Shown here one piece after another: positions 51,672-64,000 of a stretch of DNA of 64,000 bases. This DNA is from Raillietiella orientalis (Eukaryota), in the NCBI GenBank assembly GCA_036172245.1, contig JAYWIR010000024.1, positions 434,001 through 498,000 on the forward strand, read 5' to 3'. The position numbers and the translations under genes were made by a program. Each line of letters starts with the position of its first letter. Position 1 is the first letter of the stretch. The notes beneath the pieces are model-generated. The model was not told the origin of the DNA and did not search any database. It saw only the letters and a program-made list of their open reading frames with translations.

Positions 51672-54557
51672 TTAATGTTTGCTAAGTGCTAACAAAAGTA
51701 ATTCATTTAATGGTGCAAGTAAGGAATGGACATTATGAAGTAGTCCTGCCTCAGCCATGCTGTTAACAAACAGTTGCTGTGCTGTTAATTCAGCCAATCT
51801 GGTATCACTTTTGCGAAGACTGTTGAGTTTTGTGATTAGGGGATGGCTAGAAGTATAATGTTTTACAAATCTACAAAATATTCCATGTACTTAGGATTGA
51901 CTTCAAAACTTGGCTGCAGCATCTGATACTGTTCCTCTTCTGGTAGTTTCTGCAACTGTGTACGTGTGAAGTACCGAGCAATGCCCATGTTCTCAATATT
52001 GACCAAACATGGATGTGATGAAAGGTGTTTGGTAATGTGAACTGAACTTGCTTTTCCAATTAATGTTGTTTGCAACCATTTGAGAAGTTCATCCGCTTCC
52101 TCTTGACTTAGTGATGTATCTGAACAGCAATACCATGCAATTGTTTTCTTGTTAAAAAAGAAAAAGAATACCATGTGATTTATCGTCCATGTTCCTTTTG
52201 TTTAAATGCATTTCCTTCTCCAGTGGTACTAGCTCATGATCCATAAATTTCTTTAATTGCATGAAAACGAGTTCATCAAAGGGTTCAAAAAGGAAAATAA
52301 CTTCGGCCGTTTTGTTGTGCATTGCTTCCAAGTATGGAGATCTTTCTGCCAAAGTTCTATTTGGTGCTGCTAAGTAATATATAGTTTTCTGATCTTTTGG
52401 CATCCGACTGCAATACTCAGCTAAACTGAGCTGCTGACCAGAAGGCAAATGGGAAGTTTCATAACGCAGCACGGTGGCGATATTCTCCTATGAGAAATTG
52501 GACTCAGTTTTAGACTAAGTAATTATTTATGCAGCAACCCACGAAAATCTGCCTTTTGAAAAGCAGTCTTTGTGGGAACATTGAATAGCAGCTATTTGTG
52601 TTACCAAGTTAATGACACATGGCCTCTAATTGAAACGATTCGTGCTTATACAAGACGCAAAAAGATTTACATGATGTAAGATGAAAATGCACACAATGTC
52701 AAAAGTGTAAGTGAGAAGTTGGGTTACAACACGAGCCAGAGATTTTATCATCGCTTAGTGCATGTTATCGAAACAAGATTTCATGCATTTAAATATCCAA
52801 TGTTCCATGTTTGCGATGAACCTGAATATGACAAAAGGAAAGTGCAACAACCGAAAACATCGGCAAAATGATGAGAAAAAAAACTCGAAACTTTCTGCTG
52901 TTGGAGCAAAATTACAGAAACAAAAGTGCACAACCTTTTCTTGATGGTCAGTACTCTGCAAGATGCCCTCTTTTAGAAATATTGCATGGTTTTTCAAAAA
53001 TTCGTCATATCTTTCCGTGTCTCGTTTCATTTGCTCTTGAAAGAAACGTAAGATGCGTTGCGTGAGCACTTCCTGTAGCTGCTTCATAGATTTTCCGTTT
53101 TGTAGTACTTCTCTATTCAAACTTAGCGGCAAATCCTCGCAATCTAAGACTCCTGGTGCGGGGAATGCTTACAACTCTATTCTCTGATCACTGAATGGAA
53201 TAAATACCTTTGATGAATCGTAGCCACCTGGGTAGGATGCCTTCGGCGTGTGGTTGCACCAACACACGTCTAAAGTACAAAGATATCTGCGACAGTTGAT
53301 TTCTTGTCAAGTCATACAGAGTCGACTCAGCTTTTGGAACGTACAAAAGACAGCGTAACATGAGGGGTGCATCCGTATGGTAATGCAGCGTGAATTGAGG
53401 AGAGTCTTGTGAATTTGTGAGAAAGCGATAAAAGTCTTCATGCATGGCTGCTGTCACTTCTTTCGGAGACTTGAGCCATAATGCCTGAGAAATGACCCCA
53501 GTGCATACCTGAGGCTGGGAAAAACTCGAGAAACTATTCACCTGCATTGTATTTACATGATTTCCGTTTATTTTTATGGGAAAGTTGATGAAATTGCTGT
53601 ATTTTTTTATCACATCTGAAAGAGAAAAATTGGGAAACTGTGCATCCTTTTCAACTAAACAAGCTTATCTTGACGACTATTGAAACATTGAATGTTGTGT
53701 GCAGTCACGCTGAATGCTGACTGGCAAGTTGGATGTGTGGCATTGTGAGATCCTTACTTTTTATACGTATTTCATCCAGGAAGTCAGCACACTGTTTCTT
53801 TAGATGAAGAATAATAGTAGTTCCACAATCGATGTTTTCTGCTGGCTGTAAAGTATAGGTCCCAGATCTTCGGAACTTAATTGTCAACACAAATGAATAT
53901 TTACTGCTAATACGCTACCCATCTGCAAGCCACCTCCATCCTTGTCCACCTCCATCAGTGTCTTTCCAGGACTTACTGAAAACCTCGACCTGATCTGCAA
54001 CCAGGAATGCGGAATAAAATCCGATCCCAAACTTTCCTATTATGGACGGAGCATCAGTTCCGCCTTTTTTCAACTCTTCGAGGAAAGCCTGAGCATCCGG
54101 TAAATTCCGTGTTCACGCTCTGCTCGGAACTACTTACTCTGGTTCCCGACTTTGCGATGGTTCCCAAATTCTCAATGATTTCTTCTCGGTTCATCCCTAT
54201 GCCGTTGTCCTGTAATCGGAAGAGATAGACGAGCATCGAGCCGGCAGGTTGACCAGGCCTTACCTTTAGCACTAGAGTGTTTTCCATTTTATTTGTTTCG
54301 ATACATATTTCCTTTTCTCGATTCAGGGTGTCCACGTTCGAATCAGCTTTCAGCTCTTCGAATTGCAGTTTTTCCAATGCATCGCTGGCGTTGGAAATCA
54401 GCTCGCGCAGAAAGACCTGTCGAATTTTTTTTGTGTGTGCGCGTGCGTACCTTCGAAAATCGGGTGCTTACCTCCTTATCAGAATACAAAGATTTTGCTA
54501 GAAGGTCTAGCAGTACCAGAGTTTCTGCTTTGAATGAAAATTTTTCCTCTGAAATTT
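51672..54557 (-). CDS. TRAP1: Mitochondrial Hsp90 (TRAP1/Hsp75); the first exon(s) with the targeting peptide lie upstream of 54557 and are unresolved
   Basis: Exons (-): 54557-54472, 54416-54264, 54209-54138, 54088-53919, 53867-53758, 53615-53542, 53484-53208, 53152-52935, 52487-52172, 52119-51891, 51846-51672 (TAA). Motifs: [68 protein letters not shown], no charged linker, [31 protein letters not shown], no MEEVD tail. Confidence 0.93.
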
Positions 54558-57500
54558 CTAGAAATACGAGAAGATCCTTCATTTCTCATGAAACACATTT
54601 CCAGTTTTTTTTTTTTATTTATTTATTTATGTATTTATTTTTAACAAAAATCCATTCATATTCACGCACTTGACGCTTTTCTTCTTGAAATTACTTAAAT
54701 CAGCATTCACATCAAATTAAAACGAAAGTACCGAGGCTCCCTACGCAGAATTAAGCATCCGGATGCATACCGACGCACAGAATTGTTCGCACGCTTCTCA
54801 AAGCCCCGAAAGAGATTCCGGAATTAAAGAAATTTGATATCGAAATTCTGTGCCGGGAAGTGCGGAAGGTCGCCGAATCCAAATGATGTGGGCACTATGG
54901 AATGGTGTGCTGTCGGAATGCGTCCGGCTCCGGCGTGTGTTCTTCCTGCGTGTTTGGATTGTCTGGCCCATGAAGGACACCGCAGGAGGGCAGCTCGCTT
55001 GAATTGAAAACGTGCATGCTGGAGGTGGAGTCTGGGCACGAGATGCGCGTGTCGCACGCCGTTGATTACGGACGCTGGAAACGGACCATCCTGCATTTTT
55101 CGGTGGTTACCGAAAGCGCACGCTGAGACAACCGGATCAGCGAGCGGGGAAAGCCGATTTCGCAATGGATCACATTTCTTCTCTGGGCTTGGTACTAGAA
55201 TGAACAGGAAATATGCAAAACCAGGCACGACTTGCGGAAACCGTATGAGACGAAAATGCATACGAAACGAAAAGGCTCTCGATTGTCCGGGTTTTAAAAT
55301 CCGGACAAAAGAGCGGATTCTTGCTCAACAGCCGTCCTTCAATATTTCTGCACATGATTTTAGTTACTAAGGTTTAAAGAGCGTGTTTTAATGGACCGTT
55401 GCGTAAACACCTTTTAAGGTGCGGTTCACTTAATTCGCACAAAATTCCAGACACTTAACACTCACTATACAGCCATACCTAGTAATTAAGCTTATGGTGA
55501 ATGTGCGCAACCGGATGAAGAAGACAGCCATAAAATTTAAGCAAGGAGTTCTATTGGTAGAACTGAGTGAGTAATTAAGCACACAGTTCACAGTTGCTGC
55601 TTCCAAAATACGATCACCTTATCCAGGGTCTGATAAATAGGATAAATGAATGAGGCTTCTCGGCATTTAAAGTAACATCTTGGGGATTCGTCGCATTTCA
55701 TTCAAGATATTATCGGACGTCACATGCGTCGGTGTCTTTTAAAAGTCACTTCCTCTTATGTGCGTCTGCACGTTCGTTCTCTAATTAAAAAAACAAAAGC
55801 TTTCAGAAGAACATTACTTTACAAAGATCGATAGTCTCCTCATGAAATTACTAATTGGTAGGAGTAGGTGTCCTTTCTTGTCAAAAGACCAGACTTGAAG
55901 GAAGGTTTCCTCTTGAAGAAAGGTGTGCTGCTGAGAAAACGAGCCAATCGGGATGCCGGCTGAACGGGAAGAATACAATGAACAGATGGACGCGAAAAGT
56001 TGTTGCGCAACTGAATTAATGAAGAATGCAAAGGGGTCTGTTTTCGAGATGGGGGTGATAGGAAGATTTTTCTTCTTGATTGCGTTCCTAACAGACACCA
56101 GTCTACTTTTCAACACAGCCTGCTTTCGAAGAAACTGTTTTCAGTCCGCTTGAATCCGCTTTCCTTTTCGAAAAACATTTTCCTGCAACTGACCGCAAAA
56201 ACCTTTGGGTGCGAGCGGTGCCGAGCCCGGAACAAAACGAAAAAGTCTTCTAAATCGAACCTCAAGAAAGGCCGACTCCCTTGATCACTTTAGAAGAGGT
56301 GCTAAGAATCTAACTAGGATCGGGGCACAAGAAAACACAGAGGAGACCCGCCTGCGCTACCCATTTCCTATTTAGTGTTCGCGCACCAACCGAACTGAAT
56401 TTTCAAGTGGTCGGCCGAACATGTCTGAATGAACAAGACCACAGCCTTGTTCATTCAATGTAAGTTGGTAGCACGGTAACTTACTTACAAACGACGGAGC
56501 CGAGAAAAGAGAAGCTCGTGGCGGCTGGTGTTCCTTCAAGCACGAGGGATAGGAGCCATTCATCAAAGTGTTAACACAATCCCGGTGCAGTAGGAGCCCT
56601 AGGAAGTGCTCGCTGTTTCGTATACTTTGACAAGTTCTGGGACCCTTTCGCCGCGGCAACAAATTCCCAGATGACTTCACAGTTGCAAGGAAACATTTTT
56701 TTTTTTTTTTTTTTAAAAAAACTAAATTAAAATAAAACAAAGTGAAACTAGGGTGGACTGAGGTGAGGCTCGGGGTGCACTCAAAGTGTTGTCGGAGAGT
56801 ATTCAGAGTTTCACTCGGATCGACAAGACCAGAAAGGAAAACATCGGACCTTACGAATTGCAAAAACGACTTCACATGGAGGAAAACTGATTCTTTCAAC
56901 TTTTGATCTCGAAAAAAAAAAAAAAAAAAAAAAAAAGGATTGAAAGCTGGATCCTAAAGGATTGAAAAAAGGATTTTTCGGAGCTCCATTTAAATTAGAA
57001 TCGGATGCAGAAAATGAACCAGAAGTACAGCAGCGACCGTTCCGTAATACGCTTTCGTTGTTTAAATTAAGGTAACTCACCACGTTGCGACCACACGCGA
57101 ATACTAACTTGATGAACCAGGACTTTCTGGGCTTTCGTTCCGACAAAACCAATACCGAACAAAATGCAAGTGGATGCTGTACTTGCTACCGAAGGCTCGA
57201 AATGAACTCTTAAGCAGCTGCTTCTGACGAATCAGAAAACACACTGACACAATTAGCGCTGCCCAGAGCTCCGTCGTTTCCTCCATTGAATGAGAAATGG
57301 TTGCTCTGCATAAGATGACACAAGTCTAACAATTTTTTGGATCAGCTTGCATGGAGACCTTATTCCAAACGCTGATCCTTCGAACAACTAGAAAAACAAC
57401 CCATCTTCGTAAGCTGCAACCTTTAACATTTTTCAAACGTTGTCGTGGTCGGCACAACTCATGTTAATTTCTTTCGGACCAACAACTCAAGATCTCATTC

Positions 57501-60500
57501 ATTCATAAGATAACTAAAAGAAAGAATGCACCACGAAAGAACAAACCGAGTCTCTCCAAACTGTCACTCCAGCTGCATTAAGAAGCATCACGCTTTTCTC
57601 AACATCACGATGTTCTGTAGGAAGCATGGCAACGGAAAGAGCAAATCACCACATCGTAAACCAAGCAGTGGCATCTTCGGTAAAGACTCGCAACCTCGTC
57701 TCACATCCCGAAAAGTTAAAAGCACAAGTTTTTTGAATCGTCTCCTTTTTTAAGGGAAACTTGATCTTTAAGTTTTATGAGGGACTAACAATATCAGTAG
57801 GCAGCTACACTCGGCTAAAGAGTCAAAAGAAGCTGACTTGGCTGTTTACGTGATCTTTCGAAAAGAAAGTCATATACAAACTGCTAACATGGAAATTTTA
57901 AATAATTTATATGCTAGTGTTCAATAATTTACAAATTATCGTGCTCTTGCAAGGATGACTCTCATTTCCAAAATTTGGATGCAGCAACATTTGACATCGG
58001 CTGGTCGTATTTCTCGGCATCTGTCTGTAGACGGATGTTGAGAAATGGATAAACGGTTCTTATTAGGCGACACAACAAATGATACTAGGAACCCACCATC
58101 GGTACTTTTTTCGCTTCCACTGGGATTTATAAGGAATTCATCGCACATAAGGAATCACGCAGAAGGAATTCGTGGGACAACCTTGGGTGATATTGCACTC
58201 GACTTTTTTGAGGTCGGCGAAAACGAGTACTTGGTCTCTGACATTTGCGCCAGTAAGATGTGCACGGACTGATTGATCGACTGAGTGCCTGGCCAATCCT
58301 ACAACCTAAGCAAACTAGGATGTTGTTTTTTAATTAAAGAAAAAACAAATTGAAAATCAATGCCAGTTGAGATGTACTTGCTGGGACTCTATGGCATACA
58401 CTCATGTACACTTCTCGAATGATTCTCACTTCGTAGCCCCTGAAAAACTGGAAAAGGTAGCCATGTTTTGAAGATGGTACGTGGCATTCCTTTACGGGAT
58501 GAAATCAAGTTCCTACGCAATAAATAGCCGGGAAAAATAGTTAAGACTGTCGCGGCAGCTCGCAACGAGCCACAACAACACATCATACTGACCCATGCGG
58601 TGTTTTTTTTTTTTTTTTCCCCAAGTTTCGCACAGTGCTTTTTGACGACTTTCAATTACTGTTAAACACATGTCTTATCCGTTGGCGTTTGCTCAATACC
58701 CGAATCAATACGTAACGAAAACACTGCTCATCTCATTATGCTGTGGATAAATGACTGTTCTTCATGGGTATTTTATTGCAATAAGAAAGTCGTTAACTTT
58801 TCCAGAACGGAGAACCGTAAAATGGAACGAAGGAAGAGGCGCAATTCGATGGGCAGATTCGAAACGCTGGGGAAATTAATGATTGCTTTAGCTAATTAGA
58901 ATGGACGTGAGTGAAAAAGGCACAATGTCGTCTAACAAATCCTTTAGAACTAAGATAGCAAACAGATATCGGACCTTCAAAGGGCTTTGCACAGAGTGCA
59001 GAAGCTTCAAAATCGATTATGCATGAGCTGAAGCAACCGACGAGGGAAACACGAGAATAATGCTGAAGCACACGGAGAAAATAAGAAGCAAAAATGCGGC
59101 TGATTAGCGAGGAAATTGCTGCCAACTCCTCCTCCAAAGACGGGTTTTCATTCGCGATACTAACGAGCTGAAAGGACGCGGATGGATATCACGTAAACAG
59201 CCACGACTAAGACGCCAGTCGGGTCCACCGGATCTCCTCTTTTCTTCTGTTGCACCCTTCCCTCTCCTCCCCCGTTCCGAACTTCTGGATATCCCGACCC
59301 ACGTGTCGGGTGGATCCTCCCTTGAAATTCCTTTGTCTTCGGCTGGGAACTGCGTTCCCAACTGCCTTATTTTTATAAAACAAACACCCCAGCGTGACCG
59401 GGTGAAAACTCGATTCGACCAGCAAGCACAAACGGACACCGAAGCAAATGTTTCGAGAAGTGTGTGCGCAAACTTGTCAAAAAGATTAACTACGAGGACT
59501 TGAGATTCTTGAATGTGGGAATTCGGGTTCTCGTTAAATACGTAAACAAGGAATAAGTACGCGATAACCGATGGGAATAGCCCTATGCCTTCTTCATCCA
59601 GTGAAGCATGTCGCGAATACTCTTTGGTGACAACGTGAATTCGAAAAAAAGTAAACGGGAAGGCACCGTGCAAAAAAAACGGTGAAGAGCGTTAGAAGAG
59701 GGCTTTAACTGACGAAAGAAAATTTCGTAGGTAGTTTCGCTGGAAACAGTAGACATGCCATCTCGACCCATAAATATCGCATCAGTTCATGCCCGAAAAG
59801 AAGGCTAAAGGTTCGCTTAGTAATGTAGAGGAGAAAGACAAATCTCACCTTCGTGTCCCAGAACGCCACTGAAAATCGCATTCCTCTTACTGCATACGAA
59901 AAAGCTCTAAGCTCGCACTCCTGCGCTCGAGGTCTAAGAGCGGGAAGGTCGGCTTTTGGGGAACAAAAAGCTCAAAACAACGATCTTGTCAAGCTCCAAT
60001 GAGTGGTTTGCAGAGAGCTTAAAGATCCTCGCGTAAATGAAGATTTTTCTTCCATGAACAAAGCAGTGCAGCAAAGCGCTCTTTTCCAGTTGGGATGTAA
60101 AGTGACAGTCGCTCCTTGTAATAATCACTTATTTCTGCACACACAATGAGTACCAAGTAGCTGGCCGAGTACGAAGAACGAAAGAGTCTGCGGTTTGCAG
60201 CAATTCCCGCCACCCTTTAAACATGAAGAGTCATAATTAAGTTGCCTGCACCTGAGGCAAACGAAAATGGTGCTAGCGGGAGAGGAGGCAAGTAAAACTA
60301 GTACTATGCCATAACTAACTCATGGCCGCAACTCATCACGAACAACGAGGGTCGCATGAGTCCGATACTGATTAACAAGGAAAATGAAAGCAGGGGGGGG
60401 AAGGGGGATCCCAACAGTCTGCTGCTGAGATTCTTTTTTCTTCTGTTTTTTTTTTTTTTTCTTCAAAATTCCAGCAGCAGACTGTTTCTCTGGAGATAGA

Positions 60501-63500
60501 AGAATAAGAGCCATGGATTTTGACAGAAAAGGTGTGGGCTCGTAAGGGGGAGCGCCAATAATCGGAAGGAATGGCTACCCTATGGTTAAACGGAAGGACA
60601 CCGCGTGCTGCTACCTCCTAGTGGACTGTCAAGTGCCGCCGACAAGGTGGGTCCGGTTTCGCGGTGCTTGACCTTCGTGCGAAAAGCGTTTCTCGTTTCA
60701 ATGACTCGAGTCTTGCAGTGGAGTCAGGCTGTGGACTCTACAAGAAAATTTCAACCGACCGCTGGCTGAGCCCACAGATTTTGCGGAGAATGCGAGAGAC
60801 ATCTGCACAAGGGAAGCAGCGTTTCGGCAGGCGGTCAGGGACCGACAGACACGCGACAGGAACCGATGCAGTTTTCGTTGTGGACAAAGACAGGATGCAA
60901 GCACGCTCTTGTTAGTCACCACACGCTTGATGCGCTCGCGGCAAGAAGGAGGTCGGAACCTATCGGGCAGCTTAGTAGCTGAACTCCTGCAAAGCACCGA
61001 GGAGCAGAAGCGAAGCCACGAAAGTCGCTGATCCGTGGCACATCAGCCAAGCTACGCTGCTTCAAGAATGGAATCGCGGCTGTTACGGGGAAGGACAACC
61101 CGAAGCCAACTTGGCGAGCAGCCGATAAAAGATAACGAGAGGAGGAAGCGAGCAAACTACGGGATCCTAATGCTGACCAGCAGCCATTCCGCGCGCACAT
61201 GTTCCCACGTCCGGGCTTCCCGCCAGTGAACGGCGGCTGCACCGCACATCCTCAGGATCTCCGGATAAAAGGCGAAAGCGTGCTCTCGAGGCAAATTCTT
61301 GTCGACCTCAATAAGGACGGAGGAAAGTAAATGGCATTGGAAAGGCGCTGGCCTAACTGCTGGAAGCATGACTGGCTAATGAAGGATCCTTTTCGAATGG
61401 ATGGAGAAAGGCCAAGATAAAAGAGGCGCAAAGTCAGGAATTTTCAAACCTTTCCCCCATTCGGAAGAAGGAGCAGAAGACGACGAAAAAAAAAAAAAAA
61501 CGCCGGGCCACGGAACTCGGCTGCCTACTCTTGAAGGTGGATGTACGCGAAATGGATTCGGGTTCTGCTGCAAACAACGAATCTTCCGGCTTCTCGCAGG
61601 TCAATGAAATGCAAACCGACGCTGTTGAAAATCTGATGGTTGGTGCAGAAAACAGACATTGAATTCAAGCATAACAAAGAACGCGTGGACGCCGCCACCG
61701 GACGCGACCCCACGGGAACCGGCACACATTCAGGAGGAAAAAAACGACGAAGAACGCTCCTCCTCCCGTTCGTACGGATGCTCGTGCTGGAGCTTTCGGG
61801 TAACCAAAATGTAAAGGTGTGTACGCTCTATGGAAAGCAACATCTTCCAAAAGTGCACAGCGCCCGCGTTCGATACGTTGCGAAATCATGCTAACCCGAG
61901 CAAAACAACTTTTTCTTATTTGAATTTACATCTAGCAACTTTTGGCTGAGAGAAATACTGCGGACGCCCCTTGCGACTCGTGGTCGCAGAGGGTCAGCGA
62001 GCACGAAATCGAGAAATCACGAGATACGGAATCGGCTTTCCGATTTGCAGCTACCGGACCTAACCATGATGAATGCTTCGTTCCCATCTAGATGCAAATG
62101 ACGTCAGTGCACTGCCAACCGGAAAGATCCATTTACTTCTGGACAAAGGGATGATTCTTTTTATAATCTGAAAGGATTTCCTGGGCTGACAGAAAGAGAG
62201 GCTTCAAAGATGTGACACCTCTTAGCTTCACTTTGGAGACGAAAAGAAACAACACCATTCGAACTTCGAACTGCGGACGCATCCTGGAGCACAACCTTGG
62301 GCAAACTCTTGAGACAATCGAAGCCAGGAAGACCTCCGCACGCTCGACGGGAGTGCGGATACCAACAGCATGAGTGCAGTCATCCGGAAGGATCGACTTG
62401 CAATAAAAGAAACAGCCGTAACGGAAAACAACGTAACGGAGATCCCAAAATTAAGCCCTAGGTACCTGGGCCTCTCCTGCAAGCAAACCCTCCAAACGTT
62501 TGGAAGCATTGCACTGGTGCCACCACATGATTTCCGACGAAGATTGAAACTTGTCATTGTCACATAAGATGGCCAAGAGTTGCTGGATTGTTGTTGCTTC
62601 ATTGAAAACCAGCTTCCAACTTCCAATTCTAATTAAGTTCGAGAAGCGAAGAAGAAAAGAAGAGATGGATGGAGGAACGTGGAACCACTCCATCGGAGGA
62701 ACGAATGCGTTGATGATGACGAAACATCTAGAATGGATTGTGGGTGCACGGAGACGCAGCGCGGCCTCTAACGAAAGACCCAGCAGACACCAAGGCGGCA
62801 AAGGCGCAGAAAGATGTATGATCTGTCGCTGAGAACGACTCGCCAACACACAAAGCACCTGAAGATTACGGGTAGCACCCAGATGCTGTTGAGGATTACT
62901 GCCGATGACAAATCCAGCATTTGAGGACGTATGGGGACGAAAGGACATCCCAATGAGAACCTATCAGTAAAGCCAGCAACAAATGGGAATCAAAGGGCGA
63001 TGGAACCGCTGCCAGATGAAATCCAAACGAGGTGAGCTAGTCCGCAGCCAGCCCATGCAAAGTACGGTAAAACCGCACCACTGACACGCAAGCTATGCAT
63101 GGAGGCCACGAAGAGATTCACAACGAAAGGAGGGAGCAGCTAACCAGCGCAGGGAGCTCTCGAGACCCACAGTCCACAGCTTTATGCAAATCGTTCTGGA
63201 GCATCGGGACAACGCATTGGGTGCGACACAGCAACGGACCCCCGTTTTTTCCGCGCCTGCATCGACTACCGGCGTGGTCCACGTATCTCGCCGAATCGGA
63301 AAAGCGAAGGAACATCTGCCGAAACCGAGAAAATAAAGAGGCATTTTACGCTCCACGTGGCCGTTTCCAGCAGGCCAACGGAGGAAAAAGCAAAAGTGAA
63401 ACGTGTCTGACACTTCCTGGTTCGATGCGAACGCAAACGTCTGCGTGGCAAACCTCAGGAGGCGCGAACTGAAGCATGGCTCATAACAACTTACCTTTTT

Positions 63501-64000
63501 TGTTCAAGTCGGCTGTAGCATAAGTAGACCTCAGTTTCGGGGTGGTGGTAATAGGTGAAACCGCTGACCTCAGAAAAGGACGAAAATTCGAATGGCATGC
63601 TGCTGCATGCATGCAATAAGAACCTGAAACAACGGATTCCTGCAATAACAATCAGTCAGATCATGTGTGTCGGTGCAAAGTGGAAACAAGCAAACCGGAG
63701 GATCCCCATGCTGACCGATACAGCCGCTCTGCGCACGCATGCTCCTGACTCCAGGAGCCCTTCCAAACACTTGGGCTTCCTGCATGTGAACAACAGTTGT
63801 CCAGCGAAAAACAGGACAACTGATCGCATTTCTACACTGGATAAATACAAAAAGCCGGACAGGGTCAAGACGCTACGATTAAGATGGCCTTAGGGCAAAG
63901 TTGAGAAAGGATGAAATGTGTTCCAAGATACGTGTGTTATCGCGGGCCGGATCGCGGGCAAAAACAGCAAAATCACGTAACAGTAGAGGTTGGTTATTAC

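Noticed and set aside
54700..55261. ORFs 54824-55261 and 54798-54980 as TRAP1 first exon
   Set aside because: Could not join a start codon to a phase-1 donor unambiguously; left unresolved.
59395..59416. TGACCGGGTGAAAACTCGATTC resembling miR-36
   Set aside because: Seed mismatch (GACCGGG versus CACCGGG) and no complementary arm upstream to form a precursor.
55400..64000. Numerous 60-190 aa ORFs on both strands
   Set aside because: No recognisable domains, many run through homopolymers, and they are consistent with chance ORFs at this GC level.
1..64000. CRISPR arrays, tRNA, rRNA, spliceosomal snRNA genes
   Set aside because: No regularly spaced repeats, T-loop/cloverleaf or recognisable snRNA/rRNA signatures seen by eye; a covariance-model scan was not possible.

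Overview
Eukaryotic (invertebrate animal, protostome-like) genomic DNA with many very short introns (39-60 nt). The supplied ORF track is therefore mostly uninformative, and I rebuilt genes by hand from GT/AG sites and reading phase. Genes supported: the 3' part of a thrombospondin (+, <1-9845, 15 exons), an ASK1/MAP3K5-family kinase (-, 16114-23929), PGAP3/Per1 (+, 31591-33214), an intronless divergent URM1 (-, 33340-33648), V-ATPase V0 subunit c (+, 50086-51449, with a GC-AG intron) and mitochondrial Hsp90 TRAP1 (-, 51672 to >54557, 5' end unresolved). At 26.0-29.1 kb there is a composite dead retroelement: an L1/Tx1-clade LINE on the - strand whose RT core is missing and replaced by an inverted 3' fragment of a NeSL/Utopia-like (RLE) element. 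Base composition is strongly blocky: CpG-rich around thrombospondin and gene 5' ends, and AT-rich and CpG-poor in housekeeping gene bodies. Three large stretches (about 12-16, 35.4-47.3 and 55.4-64 kb) could not be assigned. No rRNA, tRNA or CRISPR was seen. I found no clearly new multi-gene system; the best leads are listed under findings.
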